Below are positions 1-10,402 of a stretch of 58,087 nt of DNA, piece after piece (position 1 is the stretch's first letter; each line of letters opens with the position of its first letter). The stretch covers positions 1 through 58,087 of the forward strand of contig JAJDCB010000008.1 in assembly GCA_029261065.1 (NCBI GenBank), given 5' to 3'. The notes under the pieces are model-generated. The model saw nothing but the letters and a program-made list of their open reading frames with translations. It searched no databases and was not told the origin of the DNA. This DNA is from Candidatus Omnitrophota bacterium. GTDB lineage: Bacteria > Omnitrophota > Gorgyraeia > Zapsychrales > Zapsychraceae. A program made the translations under genes and the position numbers.

Positions 1-53
1 AGCGCACTTGTATGGGGTACAAGAGGTCGCAGGTTCGAACCCTGCCGCTCCGA
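1..53 (+). tRNA. tRNA-Pro(GGG), 5'-truncated by the window edge; CCA not encoded
   Basis: Anticodon stem CTTGT/ACAAG (7-11/19-23) with loop ATGGGGT (anticodon GGG at 14-16); T-arm GCAGG-TTCGAAC-CCTGC; acceptor 3' strand CGCTCCG plus discriminator A53. Confidence 0.93.
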
Positions 54-74
54 CATTTTTGCTTCGCAAAAATG
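54..74 (+). terminator. Hairpin immediately after the tRNA
   Basis: CATTTTTGC-TTC-GCAAAAATG, a perfect 9-bp inverted repeat. Confidence 0.45.
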
Positions 75-159
75 GCGAGACTCGGCATAATAAATTTTTT
101 TGCCGGTCCGACTACAATGACTATTAAATATTTATTGACAAAAGAACAAAGGCTAGTTC

Positions 160-549
160 ATGTTTAAAAAGAAAAAAAAAGAAATTCCCATTGAAGAAAA
201 ACGAAAATATAAACGTGTAAAGAAAAGCTTTGTCTTACGTTATTACGTAAAAAATGATAAAAAATCAAAACATGAAATTACCCAATTAAAAAATATCAGT
301 CAAGGAGGAATGTGTTTTGTTACTACAGAAGCACACCCTCCAGACACAAAAATTAAGATTGAACTTAAAACACCATATCTATCTGACTTAACATTATTGG
401 ATGGCACTATTTTAGGATCTCATGAAAATGTCAAAAACCTTATCTATGAAACGCGTGTCGAATTTGAATTTTTAGATCAAGATTCGGCTTTTATTATGGA
501 TAAACTAAAGGAAATCTTTATAACTGGGGATAATAAATTCAATGAATAA
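160..549 (+). CDS. PilZ-domain (c-di-GMP-binding) protein
   Basis: RxxxR (EKRKYKR) and (D/N)xSxxG (NISQGG) motifs; 129 aa; overlaps the hom start by 8 bp. Confidence 0.85.
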   Translation: MFKKKKKEIPIEEKRKYKRVKKSFVLRYYVKNDKKSKHEITQLKNISQGGMCFVTTEAHPPDTKIKIELKTPYLSDLTLLDGTILGSHENVKNLIYETRVEFEFLDQDSAFIMDKLKEIFITGDNKFNE

Positions 550-1834
550 AATAAATATCGGACTCATTGGCTATGGCGTTGTAGGATCAGGTGTAGCCAA
601 AATGCTTCTTAAACGTAAAAGCTTTATAAAAAATAAATACCATACGGAATTTTCTATCAAGACCCTTTGTGATCGTAGTCTTGGTAAAAAAGATACAAAA
701 AACCTTACACACACAAAATTTACAAAAAATTATCTTGATATCATCAATGACCCAGAAATAGATGTTGTTGTCGAACTTATTGGTGGGATGAATCCAGCTA
801 AAAAAATTGCCCAACAAACATTACAAAATGGCAAACATCTTATTACAGCCAACAAAGAGCTAATGGCGAATGCCGGTCAAGAATTGTTTGCCTTAGCTCA
901 AAAAAAGAGTGTCAGCATTTATTATGAATCTGCAGTAGGAGCGGGTATTCCTATCATTCAAACATTATCTGAAGGAGTGGTTGGTAATCAATTTACAGGG
1001 CTTTTTGGCATTATCAATGGAACGTGTAACTACATCTTAACGGAGATGACAAAAAGCAATCTTAGCTTTGATCAAGCCCTTAAATCTGCTCAAGAAAAAG
1101 GTTATGCTGAGAGTGATCCTACGTTAGATATTAATGGGATGGATAGTGCTCATAAACTGGCCATATTAGTCTCCCTAGCCTTTGGCAAATTTATCAAAAT
1201 AAAGGACATATATACAGAAGGCATCACACACATATCTCACGATGATATAGAGCAAGCGGAAAAACTAGATTTATCCATCAAACTTTTGGCTATCGCTAAA
1301 ATGACAGATGATAAAATTGAAGCACGCGTGCATCCAACATTAATCTCCAAAGAACATCCATTGGCTGCTATCAACAGCATTTACAATGCCCTATATCTAA
1401 ACGCCGATCCTTTAGGTGACGTTTTGTTATCAGGAGAGGGGGCCGGACAAATGGCGGCGGCATCTGGGGTTGTTAGTGACTTGATTAATTTAGCAGGAAA
1501 GGGGCAAAACGCTCATTTGTGGAGTAACTTGTCCGATGAAAATAAAAAATTAAAGACTAGAAAGATTGATGATATTGAATCTAAATTTTATTTGCGTTTC
1601 ATGGCCAGTGATAAACCAGGAGTCCTTGCCAAAATTACAGGCGTCCTAGGACGAGCCGGAATAGGCATTAATTCGGTCACACAAAAACAACACCATCAAA
1701 CATCAACCGTACCTGTCATTATGTTAACGGATTATTCGACTGAGAAAAAATTAAGGTCCGCTCTTAACACCATTCATAAAATGCCTGTTGTTAAAGCAAA
1801 ACCTGTAGCCATAAGGATGGAAAAATTATGGTAA
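542..1834 (+). CDS. hom: Homoserine dehydrogenase with C-terminal ACT domain
   Basis: GxGxxG (GYGVVGSG), [45 protein letters not shown]. Confidence 0.96.
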   Translation: MNKINIGLIGYGVVGSGVAKMLLKRKSFIKNKYHTEFSIKTLCDRSLGKKDTKNLTHTKFTKNYLDIINDPEIDVVVELIGGMNPAKKIAQQTLQNGKHLITANKELMANAGQELFALAQKKSVSIYYESAVGAGIPIIQTLSEGVVGNQFTGLFGIINGTCNYILTEMTKSNLSFDQALKSAQEKGYAESDPTLDINGMDSAHKLAILVSLAFGKFIKIKDIYTEGITHISHDDIEQAEKLDLSIKLLAIAKMTDDKIEARVHPTLISKEHPLAAINSIYNALYLNADPLGDVLLSGEGAGQMAAASGVVSDLINLAGKGQNAHLWSNLSDENKKLKTRKIDDIESKFYLRFMASDKPGVLAKITGVLGRAGIGINSVTQKQHHQTSTVPVIMLTDYSTEKKLRSALNTIHKMPVVKAKPVAIRMEKLW

Positions 1835-2889
1835 ATTGGAAAGGCCTTATTCATCACTACAGAGAGTATTTACCCGTCACAGATCAAACGCCTGTTGTCA
1901 CGTTATCGGAAGGAAATACACCTCTTATTTTTTCTGAACATTTATCTGAAACTTTAGGGTTAAACGTCTATCTTAAATACGAAGGATTAAATCCTACGGG
2001 ATCTTTCAAAGATCGTGGCATGACAATGGCGATTTCTAAAGCGAAAGAGCAGGGAGCCAAACTTGTCATGTGTGCGTCCACTGGAAACACATCGGCTTCA
2101 GCTGCAGCTTACGCAGCAAAAAGTGGCTCTCTTAAATGTGTAGTGTTAATCCCCGAAGGTAATATCGCTCTCGGTAAATTAGCGCAAGCCTTGATTCATC
2201 AAGCTCAAGTGATCGCCATTAAAGGAAACTTTGATGAGGCTCTCAACATTGTCAAAGACATCACGGATAATTATCCAGTAGAATTAGTTAACTCGATTAA
2301 TCCGTTTCGCATTGAAGGACAAAAAACAGCGGCCTTTGAAATTTGCGATTTTTTATCCGATGCGCCTGAATTTCACGCGATCCCCGTAGGCAATGCCGGT
2401 AATATCACCGCTTACTGGAAAGGATATAAAGAATATAAACAACACAACAAATCACAGCAGTTACCAACAATGTTAGGATTTCAAGCGGCTGGAGCAGCTC
2501 CTATTGTTCTTGGAAAAATTGTCGAAAATCCTGAAACGATTGCCACAGCTATTCGTATTGGCAACCCGGCAAGCTGGAAAGCGGCTGAGGCCGCGCGCGA
2601 TGAATCGAATGGTATCATCGATAGCGTTACTGATGACGAAATTCTTGAAGCCTATAAAATATTAGCCGCACACACCGGCGTCTTTGTAGAACCAGCATCT
2701 GCTGCATCTGTTGCCGGTGTTCTTAAATTACACAGCCAAGGTTATTTTGATGATCATAAAAATGCGCGTCTTGTTTGCACTGTGACAGGGCATGGGTTGA
2801 AGGATCCGAATACGGCGATAAAGAATGTGCAGGAGCCGGTGACGATGGAGGCGAATGTTAAGGCTGTGTTAGAGGAGATAGGGTTATAG
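1828..2889 (+). CDS. thrC: Threonine synthase
   Basis: PLP lysine motif [40 protein letters not shown]. Confidence 0.96.
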   Translation: MVNWKGLIHHYREYLPVTDQTPVVTLSEGNTPLIFSEHLSETLGLNVYLKYEGLNPTGSFKDRGMTMAISKAKEQGAKLVMCASTGNTSASAAAYAAKSGSLKCVVLIPEGNIALGKLAQALIHQAQVIAIKGNFDEALNIVKDITDNYPVELVNSINPFRIEGQKTAAFEICDFLSDAPEFHAIPVGNAGNITAYWKGYKEYKQHNKSQQLPTMLGFQAAGAAPIVLGKIVENPETIATAIRIGNPASWKAAEAARDESNGIIDSVTDDEILEAYKILAAHTGVFVEPASAASVAGVLKLHSQGYFDDHKNARLVCTVTGHGLKDPNTAIKNVQEPVTMEANVKAVLEEIGL

Positions 2890-2915
2890 TATTCTTTCGT
2901 TTTTTACTATAACGA

Positions 2916-3006
2916 GGTTCCCGCTTTCGCGGGAATGACAATATTAAACTTGTTCTGTCATCGTCATTAACAATCAATTTTGTCATCCCCGCGGAAGCGG
3001 AGATCT
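2916..3006. repeat. REP/dRS3-like inverted doublet (REPIN-like), copy 1
   Basis: GGTTCCCGCTTTCGCGGGAATGACA (2916-2940) and TGTCATCCCCGCGGAAGCGGAGATCT (2981-3006) are imperfect reverse complements; each arm is itself a palindrome. Confidence 0.85.
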
Positions 3007-3011
3007 ATACC

Positions 3012-3656
3012 ATGCAAAACTTAAAAAATAAAAAAGTCCTCATCACTTGCGGCCCCACTTGGATCCCCATTGATGATACACGTATCATTAGCAACAAATC
3101 ATCTGGGCAACTGGGACAAATTATTGCGGATGATTTGGCTAAAATTCATTGCAAAGTCACCTTGCTAGAAGGTCCTGTTTTAAATGGTATTCAGCACAAA
3201 AAACTTAAAGTCCTTAAATTTCACTATTACGATGATTTTTTAAAAACTCTTAAACAACAATTAAAAAAACGTTACGATATTATCATTCATGCAGCGGCAA
3301 TTTCAGATTATAGATTAAGAAGACCTTTTACATCAAAAATTAGCTCGAAACTTAAAAAATTTAAACTCGAACTTGTACCAACGAAAAAAATAATTAATGA
3401 TATTAAACATTTAAGTCCTAAAAGTTTGTTAGTGGGATTTAAATTAAAATCAACCATGACTAAACCACTCGCCATAGCTAAAAGTAAAGTTTTATTTGAA
3501 AAAGCCAAATGTGATCTTGTGATCGCCAACTCTGTCTCAAACGATCATTACAAAGGTTACATTTTAAATAACGAAAATAAATTTCTGGCGTCAGCTCATT
3601 CTCGCAAAGAGATGTCTCGCGCCTTAGTTAAAACACTAAATAAATCTCTATCATGA
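3012..3656 (+). CDS. coaB: Stand-alone phosphopantothenate-cysteine ligase-like protein (CoaB half of CoaBC/Dfp)
   Basis: VLITCGPTWIPIDDTRIISNKSSGQLG, IHAAAISDY, LVGFKL, DLVIAN; no CoaC flavoprotein domain. Confidence 0.75.
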   Translation: MQNLKNKKVLITCGPTWIPIDDTRIISNKSSGQLGQIIADDLAKIHCKVTLLEGPVLNGIQHKKLKVLKFHYYDDFLKTLKQQLKKRYDIIIHAAAISDYRLRRPFTSKISSKLKKFKLELVPTKKIINDIKHLSPKSLLVGFKLKSTMTKPLAIAKSKVLFEKAKCDLVIANSVSNDHYKGYILNNENKFLASAHSRKEMSRALVKTLNKSLS

Positions 3657-4855
3657 AATACATAATCGTAGTCCCAGATGGCATGGCTGATGAGCCGGTA
3701 GAAGAATTAATGGGTAAAACACCATTAGAGGTTGCTGTTACGACCAACATGGATTTTATGGCTCAAAATGGTCAGACCGGACTGGTCCGCACAATTCCTA
3801 AGGGCATGCATCCTGGATCTGATGTAGGAAACATGTCTCTGCTAGGATTTGATCCTAAAAAATATCATACAGGTCGCGCTCCTTTAGAAGCGGCCAATTT
3901 AAATATTGATGTCGGCCAGGATGAAATCATTTTTCGCTGCAATTTAGTGACCATTGAAGATGAATGCATGTCAGATTATAGTGCCAGCCACATAAAAACA
4001 GAAGAGGCAAGCATCCTAATTGAGGCCTTAAACAAAGAATTAAAAAATGAAAGTATCCGTTTCATTCCTGGTAAGAGCTATCGACACCTCATGCTCATTA
4101 AAACGAATGAAATGAAAAAGATGTGTGAGCTTCAAACAAATGCCCCACATGACATCTTAAATAAACCGATTAAAAACTTTTTACCAAAGGGCGAGGGAGC
4201 GGATCAACTTTTAGAGCTTATCGAAAAATCCCGTTCGATTTTAACTAATCACGATGTTAATAAAGTCCGTGTAGATTTAGGCGAAAATCCAGCCAATATG
4301 ATCTGGCTTTGGGGACAAGGAACTAAACCTCAATTACCACGCTTTGAAGATAAATATGGCCTTAAGGGAGGAATCATTTCCGCCGTTGATTTGGTCAACG
4401 GCATTGGGCGCTTAGTCGATCTTGAGGTTATTGATGTCCCTGGAATCACTGGTTACTATGATACCAATTATTTAGGCAAAGCGGAGTATGCCTTAAAGGC
4501 TTTAAAAAATAAAGACTTTGTCTATATTCATATCGAAGCCCCTGATGAAGCAGGACACAATGGTGACGCTAAAGCCAAAGTCTCGGCCATCGAACGCATT
4601 GATAAAGACATACTCGGCACCATTCTTAATCATTACAACGAACATGATGATGTTCGTATTTTAGTCTTACCGGATCATCCCACACCCATACGTCTTCGGA
4701 CACACACGGATGATCCTGTAGGATATATTATGTACGGCAAAGGTATTTCTCCTGATGGGTCCAAACAGTTTACTGAAAAGTCAGCGGCTGAGAAGGGACT
4801 CAAATTTGAAGGAGGAGAACCGTTAATAGAACACTTCATTAAAAAATACTTATAA
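3653..4855 (+). CDS. apgM: Cofactor-independent phosphoglycerate mutase-like (ApgM/alkaline phosphatase superfamily); possible homoserine kinase substitute
   Basis: VPDGMAD, PGSDVGNMS (catalytic Ser), HIEAPDEAGH, LPDHPTP; located between thrC and lysC. Confidence 0.8.
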   Translation: MKYIIVVPDGMADEPVEELMGKTPLEVAVTTNMDFMAQNGQTGLVRTIPKGMHPGSDVGNMSLLGFDPKKYHTGRAPLEAANLNIDVGQDEIIFRCNLVTIEDECMSDYSASHIKTEEASILIEALNKELKNESIRFIPGKSYRHLMLIKTNEMKKMCELQTNAPHDILNKPIKNFLPKGEGADQLLELIEKSRSILTNHDVNKVRVDLGENPANMIWLWGQGTKPQLPRFEDKYGLKGGIISAVDLVNGIGRLVDLEVIDVPGITGYYDTNYLGKAEYALKALKNKDFVYIHIEAPDEAGHNGDAKAKVSAIERIDKDILGTILNHYNEHDDVRILVLPDHPTPIRLRTHTDDPVGYIMYGKGISPDGSKQFTEKSAAEKGLKFEGGEPLIEHFIKKYL

Positions 4856-4864
4856 CACCTTATT

Positions 4865-6079
4865 ATGAAAAATATCATTGTACAAAAATTTGGGGGTTCA
4901 TCAGTTGCTAATATTGATCGAATCAAAATTGTCGCCAGACGTATTATCGCGTCTAAGAAAAAAGATAATCATCTTGTCGTTGTTGTCTCGGCTTTAGGAG
5001 ATACTACTGATGAACTTGAAAACTTAGCTCATAAAATTACCAATACACCAGCCGAACGCGAAATGGATATGTTAATGTCTACAGGTGAGCAAATATCATC
5101 AGCGCTCCTGGCCATGGCCATCAAAACACTTGGATCTGATGCGATATCCTTTACTGGATCTCAAGTCGGTATCAAAACAAATAAATCTCATACCAAAGCT
5201 CGTATTGAAACGATTGATTGTCATTGTATTAAAAAAGCGTTGAAAGAAAACAAAATTGTTATCGTGGCAGGCTATCAAGGGATCACCGAAGATAATGATA
5301 TTACTACCCTTGGTCGAGGAGGTTCTGACCTTACAGCTGTTGCGCTGGCTTATTCTCTAAAGGCAAAGGTCTGCGAGATTTATACAGACGTTAAAGGAAT
5401 CTACACCACAGATCCAAGAAAGGTCAAACAAGCGAAAAAAATAAAACAAATCACATTTGAAGAGATGTTAGAGATGGCTTCTCTTGGAGCACAAGTTATG
5501 CAAGCGCGCTCCATTGAAGTTGCCAAAAGATTTAATATCCCCATACATGTCCGATCAAGCTTTTCGAAGGAGGAAGGAACTATGATTGTTAAACAAACAG
5601 ACAAATTAGAAGATATCGCTGTGCGCGGTATAACAAGCAATTCATCTGAGGCAAAAATTACCATTCGCGCTGTTCCTGATCAAGCTGGAATCGCGGCTAA
5701 AATATTTACAGAGATTTCAAAGGCTGGCTCCAATGTTGATTTGATTGTTCAAAATGTCAGCCAAACCAAACATACCGACATCTCTTTTACCGTTCCTAAA
5801 AAAGATCTCACCAAAGCCTTAAAAGCCTCGCGTGCGGTCGCTAAAAAAATTAAAGCCGGTGACGTTCTTCACGATGATAACATCGCTCGTGTCTCAATTG
5901 TTGGTTCTGGCATGAGATCACATCATGGCATCGCAGCATCCATGTTTGAGGTGTTAGCTAAAAATAAGATTAATATCGATATGATTTCAACATCTGAGAT
6001 TAGCATTTCTTGTATTATTGAAAAGAAGCATGAAGCGAAAGCCGTTGAGGTTTTGCATAAAACATTTAAATTAAACTAA
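4865..6079 (+). CDS. lysC: Aspartate kinase with two ACT domains
   Basis: VQKFGGSSV, VVSALGDTTD, TLGRGGSDLTA, YTDVKG, DMISTSEIS. Confidence 0.96.
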   Translation: MKNIIVQKFGGSSVANIDRIKIVARRIIASKKKDNHLVVVVSALGDTTDELENLAHKITNTPAEREMDMLMSTGEQISSALLAMAIKTLGSDAISFTGSQVGIKTNKSHTKARIETIDCHCIKKALKENKIVIVAGYQGITEDNDITTLGRGGSDLTAVALAYSLKAKVCEIYTDVKGIYTTDPRKVKQAKKIKQITFEEMLEMASLGAQVMQARSIEVAKRFNIPIHVRSSFSKEEGTMIVKQTDKLEDIAVRGITSNSSEAKITIRAVPDQAGIAAKIFTEISKAGSNVDLIVQNVSQTKHTDISFTVPKKDLTKALKASRAVAKKIKAGDVLHDDNIARVSIVGSGMRSHHGIAASMFEVLAKNKINIDMISTSEISISCIIEKKHEAKAVEVLHKTFKLN

Positions 6080-6096
6080 CCAAGAAGGTATCTATT

Positions 6097-7668
6097 ATGT
6101 CCCGAATAACAATATACGACACAACACTTAGAGACGGCTCGCAAACCGAAGGAATATCCTTTACGGTCAACGATAAAATAAAGATTACAGAGAAATTAGA
6201 TAAACTTGGTGTGCATTACATTGAGGGAGGGTGGCCTGGCTCAAATCCTAAAGATAAAGATTATTTTAAGAACTACAAAGGCAAAAAACTTAAAAACGCA
6301 ACGATTGCCGCCTTTGGTTCTACACGTCGTGCTAAAACGAAACCGGAGGAAGATGTTAATCTTAAAGAACTTGTCAGTTCAGGAGCAAGCACCGTTACCA
6401 TCTTTGGAAAATCCTGGGATATGCATGTCACAGATGTCATCAAAACCAGCTTAGAAGAAAATGTCAGAATGATTAGTGATTCTGTAGCCTTTTTAAAAAA
6501 GAAGAAAAGAGAAGTCTTCTATGATGCTGAACATTTTTTTGATGGCTACAAACGCAATCCTCAATACGCCTTAAGCACAGTCTTAGCTGCTCAAGAAGCG
6601 GGCGCAAGTTGCATCATTTTCTGTGACACCAATGGAGGAACACTCCCAACAGAAGTTAAAGAAATCATCCTAGAAATCAAGGATCGCTTTACCGTTGAAT
6701 TAGGTATCCATACGCATAATGATTTAGGATTAGCTGTGGCTAATAGCCTTGCCGCCGTAGAAGCGGGTTGTACTCACATCCAAGGAACATTTAACGGATT
6801 AGGGGAACGTTGCGGAAATGCGGACTTGTGCACCTTAATGGGAATCTTACAGACGAAATTAAATAAAAAATCAATTGGTGAAAAGAACATTCCCAAACTA
6901 ATGGAAGCTTCGTATTTCATCAGCGAGATCAGTAATTTTAAACTGCCTGACAATGCTCCTTTTGTCGGACATTCGGCCTTCGCGCATAAGGGAGGCGTTC
7001 ATATCGATGCGATGATCAAAAATCCTTTGGCGTATGAGCATATCGAACCCACTCTTGTTGGAAATCACCGACGTTTTGTAACATCAGAATTAGCGGGCAA
7101 GATGCCTATCATTCTTAAAGCTAAAAAGATGAATGTCGATCTAGATAAAAAATCTCCTGAGGCTAAAAAGATTTTAAAGAACCTTCAAATCAAAGAACAT
7201 GGCGGCTATCAATTTGAAGCGGCCGATGCCTCTTTCGAATTATTTTTAAAACGCCAACTTAAAAAATACAAACCCTTCTTTAAATTGGAAGGATTTCGAA
7301 CAGCCTCTGAAAAACGATTTGATGGCCGCGTCTTTGCTGAGGCCAGCATTCGTGTCAGCGTCAATGGGGAAAGTAAATTTAGTGCCAGTGAAGGCGATGG
7401 TCCCGTGGATGCGTTAGATAAAGCCTTAAGAGGGGCATTATCTAAATTTTATCCTACATTAGAACAGATGCACTTAAGAGATTATAAGGTTCGCGTCTTA
7501 AACTCCAAAGAAGGCGCAGCTGCCAAAGTCCGCGTGCTTATCGAATCTCAAGATAATACCGACTCTTGGACGACAGTGGGCGTTCATGAAAATATCATCG
7601 AAGCGAGTTGGGAGGCATTAACCGACAGCATCGAATATAAGCTGCTTAAAGATCAAAAGAAAAAATAA
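6097..7668 (+). CDS. cimA: Citramalate synthase
   Basis: YDTTLRDGSQ, IEGGWPGSNPKD, YDAEHFFDG, CDTNGG, GIHTHND, AHKGGVH; C-terminal regulatory domain GDGPVDAL...DYKVRV. Confidence 0.92.
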   Translation: MSRITIYDTTLRDGSQTEGISFTVNDKIKITEKLDKLGVHYIEGGWPGSNPKDKDYFKNYKGKKLKNATIAAFGSTRRAKTKPEEDVNLKELVSSGASTVTIFGKSWDMHVTDVIKTSLEENVRMISDSVAFLKKKKREVFYDAEHFFDGYKRNPQYALSTVLAAQEAGASCIIFCDTNGGTLPTEVKEIILEIKDRFTVELGIHTHNDLGLAVANSLAAVEAGCTHIQGTFNGLGERCGNADLCTLMGILQTKLNKKSIGEKNIPKLMEASYFISEISNFKLPDNAPFVGHSAFAHKGGVHIDAMIKNPLAYEHIEPTLVGNHRRFVTSELAGKMPIILKAKKMNVDLDKKSPEAKKILKNLQIKEHGGYQFEAADASFELFLKRQLKKYKPFFKLEGFRTASEKRFDGRVFAEASIRVSVNGESKFSASEGDGPVDALDKALRGALSKFYPTLEQMHLRDYKVRVLNSKEGAAAKVRVLIESQDNTDSWTTVGVHENIIEASWEALTDSIEYKLLKDQKKK

Positions 7669-7680
7669 TGACATCTGTTG

Positions 7681-7729
7681 TGCAGAATGTTTAAAGCGGA
7701 TAACCAAGAGAAGTTATCCGTTTTCTGCA
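7681..7729 (+). terminator. Nested stem-loop between cimA and valS
   Basis: Inner stem GCGGATAAC/GTTATCCGT (7696-7721) followed by a short T run; outer stem TGCAGAA/TTCTGCA. Confidence 0.4.
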
Positions 7730-7755
7730 ATAGGATACAATGAAAAAAGGCAACT

Positions 7756-10395
7756 ATGACAGAGTTATCCAAACGTTTTAATTTTAAAGAAGTTGATGAA
7801 AAATGGTCCAATCATTGGGTTGATAAAGGATTATTTCATACCAAACCGCATAAAGATAAAAAGCCGTATACCATCGTTATTCCGCCGCCCAACGTCACCG
7901 GCATTCTGCATATGGGGCATGCCTTAAATGATACCCTTCAAGATATTATTATTCGATATAAACGTATGAATGGTTATGAAGCCTTATGGATGCCAGGAAC
8001 GGATCATGCTGGGATTGCCACACAGAATGTGGTTGAAAAACAATTGGCCAAGGAGGGACAAAAGCGTCAAGATTTAGGACGTGACGCCTTTGTCGAACGC
8101 TTGTGGGATTGGAAGCAGCAGTATGGGGATACGATTATTCATCAGCTTAAAAAGCTAGGATCCTCATGTGATTGGTCGCGCACGCGCTTTACCATGGATG
8201 ACGATTATAGTCATGCCGTCAAAGATGTTTTTATCAAACTCTATGCTAAAGGCCTTATCTATCGCGGACAATATATCATCAATTGGTGCCCTAGATGTCA
8301 AACCGCGCTTTCGGATGAAGAAGTTGAACACGAAGATTTGCCAGGAAATCTTTATCATATTAAATATGCCTTAAAAGAAGATCCCAATAAATTTCTAGTT
8401 GTCGCTACAACGCGGCCTGAAACCATGTTAGGGGACACGGCCGTTGCGGTTAACCCAAAAGACGAACGTTATAAAGACTTTATTGGAAAAAACTTAATTC
8501 TACCTTTAGTCAATCGAGAAATCCCAATTATTGAAGATGACTTTGTTAATCCCGAATTTGGAACAGGGGCGGTTAAAGTAACACCAGCGCATGACCCAAA
8601 TGACTTTGATATAGGAAAACGTCACGACTTACCTTTTATCAATATCCTCAATCCTGATGCAACACTCAACAAAGAAGCCGGCGCCGATTATGAAGGGATG
8701 GATCGCTTTGAAGCGCGTGAAGTTATCATATCAACCCTAAAAGAGGCCAAACTATTAACTAAAGTGGAACAACACACCCATGCTGTTGGCCATTGTTATC
8801 GTTGTCATACGGTTATCGAACCTTATATCTCCAAACAATGGTTTGTTAAGATGAAACCTTTGGCAGGCCCGGCAAGAGATGCGGTAACAACAGGTGCCAT
8901 CAAATTTTATCCGGATAGATGGACCAAAGTGTATTTAAATTGGATGGATAACATCCGCGATTGGTGTATCTCACGCCAGATTTGGTGGGGACACCGCATA
9001 CCTGTTTGGTATGATGATCAAGAAAATATTTATGTGGCTTACAATGAAGAAGAAGCCTTGGCCCAAGCCCGCGACAAAAGGGGAGAGGCTGTTAAGTTGC
9101 GCCAAGATCCAGATGTTTTAGACACTTGGTTCTCTTCTTGGTTATGGCCGTTTGCAACCTTAGGCTGGCCCAATAAAAGTGAAGATTTGGATTACTTCTA
9201 TCCAACAGCATCCCTTTTTACGGCGTCTGAAATTATTTTCTTCTGGGTCGCGCGCATGGTTATGGCTGGGATTGAATTTATCGGAGAAATTCCTTTTAAA
9301 GATGTCTACATTCATGGAACCGTTCGCGACACTGAGGGGCGGAAAATGTCTAAGTCTTTAGGCAACGCCATTGATCCGCTTGAAATCATCAACGAATATG
9401 GCGCCGATGCCCTGCGTTTTAGTTTAATTATGAACTCAGGCCAAGATCTTTTTGTCTCCAAAGAAAAATTTGAGGTAGGACGCAACTTTGCCAATAAAAT
9501 TTGGAATGCCACACGCCTTATTTTAATGAACACCTCTGAGATAGATTCTAATTTTGATATCACCAAAAAAGAACATATCCAAACAATGGAACTTTCTCAT
9601 CAATGGATTATTTCTAAATTTTATACAACTCTCCAAAAAGTTAATCAATCCATTGAAAGTTATCGTTATTCAGAAGCTGAAACATTAATGTATGAATTTT
9701 TCTGGAGCAACTTTTGTGATTGGTATCTAGAAATCATCAAAAACAAATGGGATGACAAAGACACCCAAAATGTGACATATAAAATTTTAGAATTGTCCTT
9801 GCAGATGATGCACCCTTTTATGCCTTTTGTGACTGAAGAGATTTGGCAACATATTAAGCCGGAAGCCGGAGAAATCTGCACATCCCTCTGGCCTGAGATA
9901 CAGTCTCAACTTATTGATGAGAGCAAAGAAGAGCAAATGTCATATGTCATCGATATGATCACCGCTGTTCGTAATATGCGAGCCCAGTGGAATATTAGCC
10001 CTAAACTAAAAACGAAATGTTATTTTGACGCTTCGGGTAATACAACCTTCAACATACAAGAACACGAACAAAGCCTCCTTCGTTTAGCTCAACTCGAAAC
10101 ATTAGAAGAGGACATCAAAATCACGCAACGAAAGAATATCGCTATCACACTTGTTCATGGGATAAAAATAGCTATTGATTTAGGAGAGGTTGTCGATGTA
10201 GCTAAAGAAAAGGCACGCATGATTAAAGAGAGGGAGGGCTTGATCAAATTAAAAGATAATCTGGCCAAGCGTTTGGATAATAAAAGTTTTACGGATAAAG
10301 CGCCGAAGGAAGTAGTGAAGAAGGAAAAGGGTCGATTGGAGGCCCTGGAGCAAAAGACTGAGGAGTTGCAGAAAGTTATCGCCTCTTTACATTAA
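7756..10395 (+). CDS. valS: Valine--tRNA ligase
   Basis: PPPNVTGILHMGHA (HIGH motif), KMSKS, WCISRQIWWGH, DVLDTWFSS, C-terminal coiled coil. Confidence 0.98.
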   Translation: MTELSKRFNFKEVDEKWSNHWVDKGLFHTKPHKDKKPYTIVIPPPNVTGILHMGHALNDTLQDIIIRYKRMNGYEALWMPGTDHAGIATQNVVEKQLAKEGQKRQDLGRDAFVERLWDWKQQYGDTIIHQLKKLGSSCDWSRTRFTMDDDYSHAVKDVFIKLYAKGLIYRGQYIINWCPRCQTALSDEEVEHEDLPGNLYHIKYALKEDPNKFLVVATTRPETMLGDTAVAVNPKDERYKDFIGKNLILPLVNREIPIIEDDFVNPEFGTGAVKVTPAHDPNDFDIGKRHDLPFINILNPDATLNKEAGADYEGMDRFEAREVIISTLKEAKLLTKVEQHTHAVGHCYRCHTVIEPYISKQWFVKMKPLAGPARDAVTTGAIKFYPDRWTKVYLNWMDNIRDWCISRQIWWGHRIPVWYDDQENIYVAYNEEEALAQARDKRGEAVKLRQDPDVLDTWFSSWLWPFATLGWPNKSEDLDYFYPTASLFTASEIIFFWVARMVMAGIEFIGEIPFKDVYIHGTVRDTEGRKMSKSLGNAIDPLEIINEYGADALRFSLIMNSGQDLFVSKEKFEVGRNFANKIWNATRLILMNTSEIDSNFDITKKEHIQTMELSHQWIISKFYTTLQKVNQSIESYRYSEAETLMYEFFWSNFCDWYLEIIKNKWDDKDTQNVTYKILELSLQMMHPFMPFVTEEIWQHIKPEAGEICTSLWPEIQSQLIDESKEEQMSYVIDMITAVRNMRAQWNISPKLKTKCYFDASGNTTFNIQEHEQSLLRLAQLETLEEDIKITQRKNIAITLVHGIKIAIDLGEVVDVAKEKARMIKEREGLIKLKDNLAKRLDNKSFTDKAPKEVVKKEKGRLEALEQKTEELQKVIASLH

Positions 10396-10402
10396 TACTT
10401 TT

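Noticed and set aside
135-163. TTGACA upstream of the PilZ gene as a sigma-70 -35 box
   Set aside because: No acceptable -10 hexamer at 16-18 bp spacing before the start codon.
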